Below are positions 29,636 through 39,852 of a stretch of DNA of 64,000 bases, one piece after another. A program made the translations under genes and the position numbers. Origin of the DNA: Actinomycetota bacterium (lineage in GTDB: Bacteria > Actinomycetota > JAHEXW01); assembly GCA_025355855.1 (NCBI GenBank), contig JANXYU010000032.1:28832-92831 (forward strand), in the 5' to 3' direction. The notes below the pieces were generated by a model, which saw nothing but the letters and a program-made list of their open reading frames with translations, was not told where the DNA came from and did not search any database. Each line of letters opens with the position of its first letter. The first letter of the stretch is position 1.

Positions 29636-31228
29636 TTAGCCCTTGGTTTCCTTCTTCATTTCTTCCAAGATGGCTTCCAGAGTTCCAGGCTCAGCCGCTG
29701 GTTCGTCCTTCTTCGGCTTCGATTCTTCTGCAACCGCCTCGGGCTCAGCGGGCGCGGGAGCTTGCTCTGCCGACGCCATTAAATCGGGGCTGGTCAGCTC
29801 GGCAGCGTCAATTGGCTCAACCTCTCTACCGACAGACTCGACATCGCGTAAGGTTCTTTCGATAGCCGATTCTTTCATCGTGTCATCCGGCGCCGCTATT
29901 GCTTCGGCTGCGGGTTCCGCTGCAACTTCGACAGGTTCCGCTAAGGGCGCCGCCTCTTCAAGCGACGTAGCCGCCTCTGGTGCCTCGGCCGCGGGCTCAA
30001 CCGGTTCTTCGGTCATAGGTTCGGCCGCTACCGGCTCTTCCTCGGCCGCGGGTTCAGCCGCAACCTCGACAGGTTCAGCTGCAGGCGCCTCGGCTTCGGT
30101 TTCATCGGTATTGTTAGCCGCGCTGGCCTGTTTCAGGCTGAGCGACAGGCGATGGCGTTCCAATTCGATATCGACCACCTTAACCTGCACAATTTGTCCG
30201 ACATCAACAATATCGCCCGGGAATTCCACGCGTGAATCAGCCAACTCCGAAATGTGAATCAGACCTTCGACACCGTCGGCGACCGACACAAACGCTCCAA
30301 ACGGAACGATCTTCATTACGGTTCCGGTCACAATCTCTCCCGCAACCAGTTTCTTGACTGTTTCTTTCCATGGGTCAGGCTGGCATTGTTTCAGACCCAA
30401 TGAAACGCGGTTGCGATCCTTCTCAACGTTCAAAATCTGTACGGTCACTTCATCGCCTACCGCGAGAACTTCCGAGGGATGATCGACGTGACCCCAGGAT
30501 AGTTCGGAAATGTGCACCAAACCATCAATGCCCCCGATGTCGACGAACGCGCCGAAGGAAACGATGGACGAAACCGTGCCTTTAACCGTCTGACCCGGTT
30601 CCAGTTGCTCGAGAAGCTGTTTCTTCTCTTCTTTGCGCAACGTGTCCAAGAAGGCGCGTCGAGACAGAACCACGTTGTTGCGACTTCTGTTCAACTCGAC
30701 GATTTTGCATTCGAATTCGGTCCCGATATAGGTCTTGAGATCCTTGACGCGCTGGGTGTCAACGAGGGAGGCCGGCACAAAACCGCGCAACCCGATGTCG
30801 ACGATCAAGCCGCCCTTTACGACCTCGATAACCTGGCCCTTGACCGTTCCGTCTATTTCCTTGATGGCGTCCAACCGCTGCCAAACGCGCTCGTATTCAG
30901 CGCGCTTCTTGCTGAGAATCAAACGGCCGTCTTTGTCTTCTTTCTGTAAAACTAGCGCGTCGATGGTATCGCCCAGCTTGACGACCTCTTCAGGCGAGAC
31001 GCCATAGCGGATGGATAGTTCCCGAGCGGGAATCACACCTTCAGATTTATAGCCGATATCGACCAATACCTCGTCCCGGTCAACCCGGACTATTTGGCCG
31101 GTGACGATATCCCCATCGCTGAAGTTCCTGATGGTTCCGTCGTAATCCGGTTCAATCTTCCCTGTTTCCGCGTTTCTTAAAAAACCTTCTTCCAGTACTT
31201 CGTTTTCTATTTTCTCTTCCATAGGCAA
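29636..31228 (-). CDS. rpsA: 30S ribosomal protein S1 with an acidic Ala/Glu/Pro-rich C-terminal extension
   Basis: Four S1 domains are followed by a low-complexity tail of about 150 aa containing duplicated AEPVEVAAEPAAE. Confidence 0.85.
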   Translation of the reverse strand: MPMEEKIENEVLEEGFLRNAETGKIEPDYDGTIRNFSDGDIVTGQIVRVDRDEVLVDIGYKSEGVIPARELSIRYGVSPEEVVKLGDTIDALVLQKEDKDGRLILSKKRAEYERVWQRLDAIKEIDGTVKGQVIEVVKGGLIVDIGLRGFVPASLVDTQRVKDLKTYIGTEFECKIVELNRSRNNVVLSRRAFLDTLRKEEKKQLLEQLEPGQTVKGTVSSIVSFGAFVDIGGIDGLVHISELSWGHVDHPSEVLAVGDEVTVQILNVEKDRNRVSLGLKQCQPDPWKETVKKLVAGEIVTGTVMKIVPFGAFVSVADGVEGLIHISELADSRVEFPGDIVDVGQIVQVKVVDIELERHRLSLSLKQASAANNTDETEAEAPAAEPVEVAAEPAAEEEPVAAEPMTEEPVEPAAEAPEAATSLEEAAPLAEPVEVAAEPAAEAIAAPDDTMKESAIERTLRDVESVGREVEPIDAAELTSPDLMASAEQAPAPAEPEAVAEESKPKKDEPAAEPGTLEAILEEMKKETKG

Positions 31229-31300
31229 AACTTGTGTTACCTCCTCGTATAAGATTATTTTACTTTACCACAAATTGAGAGGTTAGCCATAACTGGGTGC

Positions 31301-33925
31301 CTATTTCTCCAATTCTCCCCAGTTCCGGCCAGTCGCGATATTCACCTTCAGCTTGGCGCGCAACCTATAGGCGTTTTCCATACCTGCTCTGACCAGCCCG
31401 ATGACTGTTTCCTTCTCGAACTTCGGCAGTTCTAATAGCAGTTCATCGTGCACCTGGAGGAACATCCGAGCCTCGAGCCCCATCTGGCTGACACTTTTGT
31501 CAATCTCAACCATCGCGATCTTAATAATGTCGGCCGCGCTGCCTTGAACAACCGCGTTGACCGCAAAACGTTCGCCTTGCCGCCTCACGTTGAAGTCAGA
31601 CGAGGTCAGTTCCTTGATATAGCGGCGGCGGCCCAGAACGGTTTCCACATAGCCCGCGGATTTGGCCTGCGTGATGATCTCGTCCAGGTAGCTTCGGATA
31701 GAGGGATATCGGGCAAAATAGGTGGCAATGTAAGCGTCCGCTTCGGCCGCGGTAATGCCCAACCGCTCGGCCAACCCATATCCGCTCATGCCGTAAATCA
31801 GTCCAAAGTTGACCTCTTTGGCCATCCGGCGTTGGCTGGGGGTTACGTGGCATGTCGCCGTTCCGGTTACTTCCGCCGCCGTGGCCGTATGAATGTCCAG
31901 GCCGGCGTCGAAGGCAGCCAGCATGTCTTTGTCCCCAGCCAAACTAGCCAAAACACGCAGTTCGATCTGCGAATAGTCTGCGGCTAACAGGAGCCAGTCC
32001 GGCTCGCCCGGCACAAAAGCCGAGCGGATCTTCAACCCCCATTCACCTTTGACCGGAATGTTCTGCAGGTTCGGTTTCTCGCTGGCCAATCGGCCGGTCG
32101 CCGTCCCGACCTGGTTTAGATAGGTATACACGCGGCCCGTGTCGGGATCGGTTAAACGCGGCAGCGCGTCCAAATAGGTCGACTTCAATTTGGCTAGTTC
32201 ACGCCAGGCTAGCACTTTGCTGACGATGGGGTGCTGATCCGTAAGTTTCGCCAGAACCGACGCGTCGGTCGAGAACCCGTTCTTACCCTTCTTGGTCGGC
32301 GTCAGACCGAGTTTCTCAAACAAAACCCCTGCCAACTGCTGCGGCGAACTCAGGTTGAAGTCCAAGCCGGCCAGCTCGTAAATCTCGCCTTCCAGCTGGA
32401 GCAGAGTGGCCCCCATCTCCCGGCTGTAGGACTGCAATAGAGGCACGTCCAAAGCCGTTCCGCGCGCTTCCATGCGCGCCAAGACCAAGCTCAGCGGCAT
32501 TTCAACGTCAAATAAAAGTCTCTCTAGATTTCTCGCCCTCAACTGTTCCGTCTGCGCGTCACGCAAGCGCAGAAGGACACCTGCCGCCCAGACGGTAGCG
32601 GGCCCAAGCTCGGTGTCCGGAACAGGCTCTGAGAGGTAATGACGCGCTTCCTCTTCGACGGTATACGATCGGCGCCCGGGATCAAGCAGGTAAGAGGCCA
32701 GCATTGTGTCAAAAATAACGTTGCTAAGAGGAATGCCCAGGGCGGCCAAGAGCCGCTGCTTGTCCTTCAGGTTATGGCATATCTTAAGGCAATTCGGTCC
32801 ATTAAGATACTCGCGAACCGCAACGTCCTCCAGGTCTCCCCAAAAGAGGTAACCTTTGGAGCAAGCGATGGCGATCCGCAGACCGGCTTCATTATCGTTC
32901 AATTCGAACGCGGAAACATCTGCCGTCACACATTCGCGAAAGTAGGCGGCGTTGTCGCGAATCGCGATCAACGCGGGGGGCGGAGCGATCGGCACAGCGG
33001 TCGGGGGTGACTCGGTCGGGACGAATAGAGTGTCGGCCGGAAAAACATCAGGATCGTTAAGCCGGTTGGCCAGAGTTCGGAACTCCAACCGCCCGAACAG
33101 GGCTTTCAGCCGCCCCATATCTGCCCTATGCTGCTCCAACGCCCCGAAATCTACATCTAAAGGCACGTCGGGCTGTAAGACCGCCAACTCCCGGCTTAAT
33201 CGTGCTTGATCTTCGTTATTCGTCAGAGATTCTTTAAGCTTGGGTTTAGATATCTTTTCGATATTCGCGTAAATATCGTCCAGGCTGCCATAAGTTTTCA
33301 GAAGTTCGCTGGCTGTCTTATCTCCGACACCGGGAACGCCGGGAATATTATCGGACGTGTCTCCTTTTAAGCCCAGCCAATCGGGTACTCGCTCGGGACC
33401 GACGCCAAACCGTTCTCGAACCGCTGCCACATCGTAAACCACCGTATCGGTTATGCCCTTGCGCGTTGTCATGACCTTGACGTCTTCGTTTACCAGCTGG
33501 AGAGCGTCCTTGTCGCCAGTGACTATCAGCACGTCGTACCCGCCGGCAGGTGCTTCCTTCGCCATCTTGGCCAGGATGTCGTCGGCCTCGTAGCCGTCCA
33601 ACTCAAACCCGCGAATACCCATCGCCGCCAACAGCTCCTTGGCAAGCGGAAATTGAGCGGGAAGTTCGGCTGGCATCTCGGAACGATGCGCCTTATAGGC
33701 CTCGAACGCCGCGTGCCGGAATGTCGGAGCGGCGCGGTCCCAGGCCACCGCGACGGCGTCCGGCCGCTCTTCTTTCATGAGTTTTAAAAGCATCGTGGCA
33801 AAGCCGTAGACGGCGTTTGTCGGCTGGCCGTCGCGCGTGGCGATTGAGATGGGCAAGGCAAAAAATGCCCTATAGAGAAGGCTGTTTCCGTCTATGGCAA
33901 TGAGTTTCTTTCTTTTGGGGTTCAC
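31301..33925 (-). CDS. polA: DNA polymerase I
   Basis: 874 aa comprising a 5' nuclease domain, a 3'-5' exonuclease-like domain and family A polymerase motifs (RRxAKxxNFGxxYG, VHDE). Confidence 0.95.
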   Translation of the reverse strand: MNPKRKKLIAIDGNSLLYRAFFALPISIATRDGQPTNAVYGFATMLLKLMKEERPDAVAVAWDRAAPTFRHAAFEAYKAHRSEMPAELPAQFPLAKELLAAMGIRGFELDGYEADDILAKMAKEAPAGGYDVLIVTGDKDALQLVNEDVKVMTTRKGITDTVVYDVAAVRERFGVGPERVPDWLGLKGDTSDNIPGVPGVGDKTASELLKTYGSLDDIYANIEKISKPKLKESLTNNEDQARLSRELAVLQPDVPLDVDFGALEQHRADMGRLKALFGRLEFRTLANRLNDPDVFPADTLFVPTESPPTAVPIAPPPALIAIRDNAAYFRECVTADVSAFELNDNEAGLRIAIACSKGYLFWGDLEDVAVREYLNGPNCLKICHNLKDKQRLLAALGIPLSNVIFDTMLASYLLDPGRRSYTVEEEARHYLSEPVPDTELGPATVWAAGVLLRLRDAQTEQLRARNLERLLFDVEMPLSLVLARMEARGTALDVPLLQSYSREMGATLLQLEGEIYELAGLDFNLSSPQQLAGVLFEKLGLTPTKKGKNGFSTDASVLAKLTDQHPIVSKVLAWRELAKLKSTYLDALPRLTDPDTGRVYTYLNQVGTATGRLASEKPNLQNIPVKGEWGLKIRSAFVPGEPDWLLLAADYSQIELRVLASLAGDKDMLAAFDAGLDIHTATAAEVTGTATCHVTPSQRRMAKEVNFGLIYGMSGYGLAERLGITAAEADAYIATYFARYPSIRSYLDEIITQAKSAGYVETVLGRRRYIKELTSSDFNVRRQGERFAVNAVVQGSAADIIKIAMVEIDKSVSQMGLEARMFLQVHDELLLELPKFEKETVIGLVRAGMENAYRLRAKLKVNIATGRNWGELEK

Positions 33926-33955
33926 GTTAAGAAGTGTAGCAGAACAAGCTAGGTT

Positions 33956-35527
33956 TTACTTGAACTCGAAATGCTTTTTCCGGAACAATTTGAGACAAAT
34001 CGCCGCGTAGGTCGGGTCATAAAGGGTGCCGCTGTTCTGCTCGATCTCGGCCAAGGCGGCTTTGGTCCCAAGCGCCGGACGATAAGGACGGTGCGAACTC
34101 ATCGCTTCAACAACATCGGCGATAGCGACTATCCTAGCGCGGGCGTGGATCTCGTCTCCTTTTAAGCCGTCCGGATAACCGGAGCCGTCCATGCGCTCGT
34201 GGTGCTGGTGAACTATCTCCGCGATTGGCTCATCGAACTTTACGTCTTTGATAATGTTGTAGCCGGCTGCTGCGTGCGTCTTGATAAGTTCAAACTCGAT
34301 TGCGCTTACCTTGCCCGGCTTGTTTAGGGTCTCGGCCGGCACGAATATCTTGCCCACGTCGTGGATCGTCGCGGCCATGCGCAGGCTGGCAATATCATTG
34401 GCCGAAAACTTTGCTTCGTTGGCAATGGCGACAGCCAACTCGGTCACCCGCCGCTGATGTTCGGCCGTATAAGGGTCTCTGGTCTCGACGGTCAAGGCCA
34501 GCGTCGACACCAAGCCGAGCAGAGACTCCTCTAAGTTATGGTGACTTTTTCGCAACTTGTCCTCGGCTGCTTTGCGTCGCGATATGTCGACGACTAGACC
34601 ATCGAGGAACTTCTCACCCGTCTCTGGGTTTGTAGTTGTAGAAATATTGATTGAGGTCCAAATCGTTGAACCGTCGCGTTTCTTTAGCCGCAACTCGTGG
34701 TCGCTAATCGTACCAAGCTCCCGCAGCCCCCTGACCAGCTCGCCTCTGTCACCCAGGTTAAAATACAAACCTTTAAAGTTGCCGATCTCGTTAATCAGCC
34801 GCTCCGGGGACGCATAGCCCATAATCTCAGCAAACCGTCTATTGAGAGTGATCAGTTTCCCCTCAAAAGTCGTGCGGACGATTCCCTCGTTGGCATGGTC
34901 GAATATTCCGCGGTACCGTTCTTCCGACTCCTCCATGGCCGCTTCGTTACGTTTCCGCTCCGTAATATCCTCAAAAACAGCGACAAAGTGGTCTTTAGCC
35001 GGACTGAACACCGAGATACTCAACCACTTTTTTAGTGACGGCACCCAGGTTTCAAAATCGGCAGGCTTGCCCGTCATGGCTACCGATCCATAAATATCAA
35101 AGACCTCCGGATTGTCTATTAGCAGATCGGGCAGAATTTCTGAGACTCTTCTACCCTTCACTCCGGTTAAGCCTGTCAGTCGGTCAAACGAGTTGTTAAC
35201 TTCGAGATAGACCCAATCGACAAGGTTGCCCGCAGGCCCGTAGATCGCTTCGCAATACGCAAAACCCTCCAGCATGTTCTCGAACAGGCTGCGAAAACGC
35301 TGTTCACTGGCGGCTAGACGTGTCTCGGTGCGCTTACGATCGGTAATCTCGGTTACGATAAGCGCCAGGCCATCGATGTATCCGTCATTAGTCCGCGTGG
35401 GATAGTAGCTGGCCAACCAGGTATGTTCCTCACCCGGCGCGCCTGGAACCTGGCCCACAATTTCGATGTTCTCGACCGACTTGCCAGTCGCGAGAATGTC
35501 AGAAAAAGTTGCTCTACGGTCGGCCAT
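33956..35527 (-). CDS. PAS domain-containing HD-GYP phosphodiesterase (as called; the N-terminus is disrupted by a frameshift, see 35353-35745)
   Basis: PAS/PAC motifs (ITDRKR, ITERKR) and the HD-GYP signature HHERMDGSGYP. Confidence 0.8.
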   Translation of the reverse strand: MADRRATFSDILATGKSVENIEIVGQVPGAPGEEHTWLASYYPTRTNDGYIDGLALIVTEITDRKRTETRLAASEQRFRSLFENMLEGFAYCEAIYGPAGNLVDWVYLEVNNSFDRLTGLTGVKGRRVSEILPDLLIDNPEVFDIYGSVAMTGKPADFETWVPSLKKWLSISVFSPAKDHFVAVFEDITERKRNEAAMEESEERYRGIFDHANEGIVRTTFEGKLITLNRRFAEIMGYASPERLINEIGNFKGLYFNLGDRGELVRGLRELGTISDHELRLKKRDGSTIWTSINISTTTNPETGEKFLDGLVVDISRRKAAEDKLRKSHHNLEESLLGLVSTLALTVETRDPYTAEHQRRVTELAVAIANEAKFSANDIASLRMAATIHDVGKIFVPAETLNKPGKVSAIEFELIKTHAAAGYNIIKDVKFDEPIAEIVHQHHERMDGSGYPDGLKGDEIHARARIVAIADVVEAMSSHRPYRPALGTKAALAEIEQNSGTLYDPTYAAICLKLFRKKHFEFK

Positions 35528-35745
35528 AGCTTGGGCAAAATTTCTTGGACGGTATGACCCAGGTGCTTTCTTCTTGGCACGCCGTTTATTTTTGCCAGAC
35601 GCTTGTTGATTTCGAGATAACGGAATTCGGAATCGAGCAGGGCGATGCCGACCGAAGCACTGTCCAGGACCGGCCAGAGTCGAGCAATCATCGCGCCAGG
35701 TTCACCGAGGCTGCGGGAAGTGGTTATTTTCGGCTTTGTTGCCAT
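35353..35745 (-). pseudogene. N-terminal fragment of the PAS/HD-GYP gene, in a different frame (frameshift at the A5/T5 homopolymer 35503-35507)
   Basis: The 130-aa ORF encodes the first half of a PAS domain (IALLDSEFRYLEINKRLAKINGVPRRKHLGHTVQEILPKLWPTVEQLF). The downstream ORF begins with the second half (SDILATGKSVENIEIV...TEITDRKR). Adding one T to the T5 run joins them into one complete PAS domain. Confidence 0.7.
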
Positions 35746-35853
35746 TATTTGATCCGCCTTGATAAGATTTTGCTGGCAATCATTACCACTATTTAACCAC
35801 GATGAGCAGGGCGAAGCAATAATATCGTGGTCTACGGGCGGCCTTGATAAACC

Positions 35854-36594
35854 CTAGTAAGCGTAGTAGCCGCCGTAGGGACGAGCGGAGGGGGGCGCTA
35901 GTTTGGTAAAGTCGCGCTCCATGATTTGCTCTAAATCGAGGTTAAAGTCTTTGCAGTAATTTTTGAGGTGTTTCCGTATCAGCTTGTAGTCTGCGTCTTC
36001 CATCGGGGCAATAGCGGCTTCTTTGGCCAACGTGTGTTGCTCGAAACCGCCGCGCAAATAGATGACACCGCCATGCATACCTGTTCCGGTAAAATGTCCA
36101 GCGATATTGGCGCCTTTTTTAGAGTTCAAACCCAATAAGATCTGCACACCGCCCGCCATATATTCCCCGTAGAAGTCATGGGCTTGGCCGCCCACTATGA
36201 TGACAGGAATCTGGGTTTCGAATTCTTTCATATGCAGACCGATACGGTAGCCGACGTTGCCCAGGATATGAATGGTGCCGCCCCGCATGCCGTAGCCGAT
36301 GACATCCCCTGCGTCGCCGTGGATTATCACTTTTCCGGAGTTCATCGTATTGCCAACACCGTCTTCCGCGTTGTTGTTGACGATGACTGTCGGTCCGTCC
36401 ATAAAGACCGCTAAATCATTGCCTGGCACACCGTTAATCGTAATTTTGACGTCGTCGCCTGGCATCGCGTCGGCAATGAAACGCTGGCCATTGACGTTGA
36501 CCAGATGGATGTTCTTTTCCCCAGCGCGCACCGCGGCGCGAACTTGCTCGTTAAAAGCCTTGTAATGTAATCCGGCCGCGTCAATCGTCTTCAT
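35854..36594 (-). CDS. glutamate synthase GXGXG-domain subunit (GltB domain 3-like)
   Basis: 246 aa with repeated GxGxG motifs (HGDAGDVIGYGMRGGTIHILGNVG), typical of the archaeal GltB3 / alpha-subunit C-terminal domain. Confidence 0.8.
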   Translation of the reverse strand: MKTIDAAGLHYKAFNEQVRAAVRAGEKNIHLVNVNGQRFIADAMPGDDVKITINGVPGNDLAVFMDGPTVIVNNNAEDGVGNTMNSGKVIIHGDAGDVIGYGMRGGTIHILGNVGYRIGLHMKEFETQIPVIIVGGQAHDFYGEYMAGGVQILLGLNSKKGANIAGHFTGTGMHGGVIYLRGGFEQHTLAKEAAIAPMEDADYKLIRKHLKNYCKDFNLDLEQIMERDFTKLAPPSARPYGGYYAY

Positions 36595-37847
36595 AAGCTA
36601 AGACGCTCCTTTCTTAGAGCCTCCGGGAAGACCGCATAGCCAAAATTATCACTGATTAAGTCGTGTTTGAAAGCCTTTACATTGACCTGATCTTTTATCA
36701 GGCCGGTCATAATGCCGGCGCGATCGATGTCGTTGACAAAGACGGCCCCAACTAGCCGGTTATTGTGAATGATTACCTTCTTATAAGTGAGACTCTCGGC
36801 GTCGGACTTGGCTAAGATCTCGTATTCGGGTCCGACCGCGTCATACAGGCCAACCGTAATAGTCGGCAGGCCTTTGACCTCAATCGAATTCATGCCAAAG
36901 CTGCCCTTATAGGCCAGCCGTTGGCCGGCCATGTTAACTCCCGCCGTGCGGCCTTGCTCGTAGGCGTTCGGCCAAATGGGCTGAGGACGACGAATGTGAC
37001 GCAAAACATCGAAAGTCTCGACACAGTCGCCTGCCGCGTAGATATCTTTCGCGCTCGTCTTAAGATGCTCGTCGACGATGATGCCGCGTTCTTTCTTGAT
37101 TTTGGCCGTGTCGGCCAGCTTCGTGTTCGGCACAACGCCGATGGCGACAACGACAACGTCGGTTTCGACGGTTTTTCCGCTCTTAAGCGTTACACTAGTG
37201 ACGCTGCCTTCTCCATCCCGGTTAATTGACCCCGCCGTATCACCTGTAATCAGGGTGACACCCAGAGATTTTAAGTGTGTGCCGAATATCTGACTGGCCT
37301 TTTCATCCAAGATGGTGCTCAAGACGCGGTCAGCCAGTTCGACTACCGTCACGTTTAAACCCAGGTTCAGCAAACCTTCCGTAGCTTTCAGGCCGATCAG
37401 GCCGCCTCCGATGACAACGGCGCGCTCGGCTTTCTCGGCTGCTTTAGCCAGTGCCTTCGCGTCGTCCCATTTGGTAAAGGTAAAGACGTCCGAGCCCGAC
37501 AGATTTTCAATCGGCGGCACAAAGGGCGACCCTCCGGTGGCGACCAGGAGTTTTCCGTATTTGATTTTCTTACCCCCGACTGTAACTGTATGCGCGGCGT
37601 CGTCGATTTCAGTGACTGGATTTCCAAGCATAGGCTTGACGTCATAATCGCGATAAAATGTCTTCGGCCGGAAATACATATTATGCGGTTCAACCTTACC
37701 GCCTAAGTAATATGAGATCAACGGCCGTGAATACGTGTGATGGGGCTCGTCGGAAATAACAGTGATCGAGCCGGTCTGATCTACTTGACGGATTCCCTCG
37801 ATAGCGCCGATCCCGGCGGCCGAGTTACCGATAATCACGTAATCCAT
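36591..37847 (-). CDS. FAD-dependent pyridine nucleotide-disulfide oxidoreductase (probable NAD(P)H-oxidising partner of the split glutamate synthase)
   Basis: Rossmann motif VIIGNSAAG near the N-terminus and a second GG-type motif VVIGGGLIG. It lies inside the GOGAT cluster. Confidence 0.7.
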   Translation of the reverse strand: MDYVIIGNSAAGIGAIEGIRQVDQTGSITVISDEPHHTYSRPLISYYLGGKVEPHNMYFRPKTFYRDYDVKPMLGNPVTEIDDAAHTVTVGGKKIKYGKLLVATGGSPFVPPIENLSGSDVFTFTKWDDAKALAKAAEKAERAVVIGGGLIGLKATEGLLNLGLNVTVVELADRVLSTILDEKASQIFGTHLKSLGVTLITGDTAGSINRDGEGSVTSVTLKSGKTVETDVVVVAIGVVPNTKLADTAKIKKERGIIVDEHLKTSAKDIYAAGDCVETFDVLRHIRRPQPIWPNAYEQGRTAGVNMAGQRLAYKGSFGMNSIEVKGLPTITVGLYDAVGPEYEILAKSDAESLTYKKVIIHNNRLVGAVFVNDIDRAGIMTGLIKDQVNVKAFKHDLISDNFGYAVFPEALRKERLSL

Positions 37848-37850
37848 AGG

Positions 37851-38327
37851 CTAGTCCTCATCCTCGACGACGAATAATGCCGCGTTCGGACAAGCCGCGA
37901 CGCAAGCCGGCTCGTCCAGCTCCAGGCAAAGGTCGCACTTGCTGGCCGCCTTGTCTTCGCGCAGATCCCGCTGAATGCCGCCGTAGGGGCAAACCATTAC
38001 ACACATCCAACAACCGACACATTTCTCGCGGTCATGGAGAACGGCGCCGGTCACCGGGTCTTTGTGGAGAGCGCCTGTCATGCAGGCGATAGTACACGGC
38101 GGATCTTCACAATGCCGGCACTGCAGAGCAAACGTAAGCGGTTTGCTTTCCTCAACCAAGACGCGCGATAAGGCGCGGGGCGTCTCCTCGTTGAAGGCGC
38201 GGATTATATTCTTTGATTTACTATGGGCGACTATACACGCAACCTCGCACAACTTACAGCCGATACAAACATTTTCGTCCGCCTGAACCCGGCGCCTCTT
38301 CTTATTTGTTTTTGCTTTTGTAGCCAT
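37851..38327 (-). CDS. 4Fe-4S dicluster ferredoxin-domain protein
   Basis: Multiple CxxCxxCxxxCP motifs. The start was taken as the ATG at 38327 (MATKAK...), which has AGGAG 8 nt upstream. Confidence 0.65.
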   Translation of the reverse strand: MATKAKTNKKRRRVQADENVCIGCKLCEVACIVAHSKSKNIIRAFNEETPRALSRVLVEESKPLTFALQCRHCEDPPCTIACMTGALHKDPVTGAVLHDREKCVGCWMCVMVCPYGGIQRDLREDKAASKCDLCLELDEPACVAACPNAALFVVEDED

Positions 38328-38337
38328 TGTGTTGCTC

Positions 38338-39852
38338 CTATTCCCCGGCGTGCATGACGCCGAGAACATCCAATTCACGTTCATTTAGACCAATGGCGCG
38401 CAAGTGCAGGCGGTTGCCGCGTAGGCTTTCAATCGCGTTAATTCCCATGCCGCCTAGAATCTCTTTGATCTCCAATGACCAGGCGCGCAACAGGTTAGTT
38501 AGGCGCTGGGTACCGATTTCCGGATTGACGCGTTTGGTAAGATACGGATCTTGCGTTGTTATGCCCCAGGGACATTTGCCGGTATAACATTTTTGACAGA
38601 CGGTGCAACCCAGCGATATCAGCGCGGCAGTACCGATATAAACGGCGTCCGCTCCCAAAGCGATCGCCTTGACCACATCGGTTGAATTGCGGAAACCGCC
38701 CGCGACAATCAGCGAGGCGTTGTTGCGAATACCCTCTTCACGCAGGCGTTGATCGACCGCGGCCAGGGCCAGCTCGATCGGCATACCAACAGAGTCACGC
38801 GTCCGGGTCGGCGCCGCGCCCGTACCGCCGCGCAAACCGTCCAGTGTGACAAAATCGGCGCCGGCGCGAACGATACCGCTGGCGATGGCGGCCGCGTTAT
38901 GAACCGCCGCGATTTTCACACCGACAGGTTTCTTGTATTCAACCGCTTCCTTAAGCGCGTAAATCAGCTGGCGAAGGTCTTCGATGGAATATATGTCGTG
39001 GTGCGGCGCGGGGCTCAACGCGTCCGTGCCGACCGGTATCATTCTGGTGATTGAGATTTCCTTGTCTACCTTCTCACCGGGAACGTGGCCGCCGATGCCC
39101 GGTTTAGCACCCTGACCTACCTTGATCTCAACTGCGGCGCCAGCGTTAAGATATTCGCGGTGCACCCCGAATCGTCCGGAAGCGCATTGAACAATCGTAT
39201 TCGGTCCGTATTGGTAGAAATCGCGATGCAACCCGCCCTCGCCGGTATTGTACATAGTACCGGACGCTGTCGCGGCGCGAGCCAGTGACTGACAAACGTT
39301 ATAGCTGATGGCGCCGTAGGACATCGCGCCGAACATCATTGGCGTCTCCAATGTAAGCTGGGGCGGCAATTCCGTTTTAAGGACCGGTTTGCCGTTGACC
39401 AACTGGACATCCACCTGGTCCGGCTTGCGCCCGATGAACGTTCGCAATTCCATTGGCTCACGTAGGGGATCGATGGACGGGTTGGTCACCTGGCTGGCAT
39501 TCAACACCAGGTGGTCCCAGTAGATGCGGTGGTGCAGTTCGTCGCCGGTGCTAGACAGCAGCATCCCGCCGGTTTCCGCTTGCTTGCAGATGTCCTTCAC
39601 GGCCCTATACGGCCAGTTGCCATGCGGCCTTATCGTTGATTTGTGAGGTTGAACCGATAACGCCCGGGTTGGACAATACTCGACGCATCGCTGACAGCCG
39701 ACACACTTAAGTTCGTCTTCAAACATCCGGTCGGCGTCGGCGTCATAAGAATGAACTTCGAACGAACACTGCCGCTCGCAAACCCGGCAGCGGATGCACT
39801 TGTAGTCGTCCCGTTCAACCTGAAACTCGGCTTTGATCAGACTTTTATGCAT
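38338..39852 (-). CDS. glutamate synthase FMN-binding domain (GltB domain 2) with N-terminal 2x[4Fe-4S] ferredoxin fusion
   Basis: N-terminal CIRCRVCERQC...CVGCQRCVEYCP, followed by the conserved glutamate synthase central-domain region (FMN binding and the 3Fe-4S cysteines). Confidence 0.85.
   Translation of the reverse strand: MHKSLIKAEFQVERDDYKCIRCRVCERQCSFEVHSYDADADRMFEDELKCVGCQRCVEYCPTRALSVQPHKSTIRPHGNWPYRAVKDICKQAETGGMLLSSTGDELHHRIYWDHLVLNASQVTNPSIDPLREPMELRTFIGRKPDQVDVQLVNGKPVLKTELPPQLTLETPMMFGAMSYGAISYNVCQSLARAATASGTMYNTGEGGLHRDFYQYGPNTIVQCASGRFGVHREYLNAGAAVEIKVGQGAKPGIGGHVPGEKVDKEISITRMIPVGTDALSPAPHHDIYSIEDLRQLIYALKEAVEYKKPVGVKIAAVHNAAAIASGIVRAGADFVTLDGLRGGTGAAPTRTRDSVGMPIELALAAVDQRLREEGIRNNASLIVAGGFRNSTDVVKAIALGADAVYIGTAALISLGCTVCQKCYTGKCPWGITTQDPYLTKRVNPEIGTQRLTNLLRAWSLEIKEILGGMGINAIESLRGNRLHLRAIGLNERELDVLGVMHAGE

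Noticed and set aside
29643-30257. 204-aa plus-strand Ser/Ala/Gly-rich ORF
   Set aside because: It is the antisense reading of the acidic Ala/Glu/Pro-rich tail of rpsA and is a low-complexity artefact.
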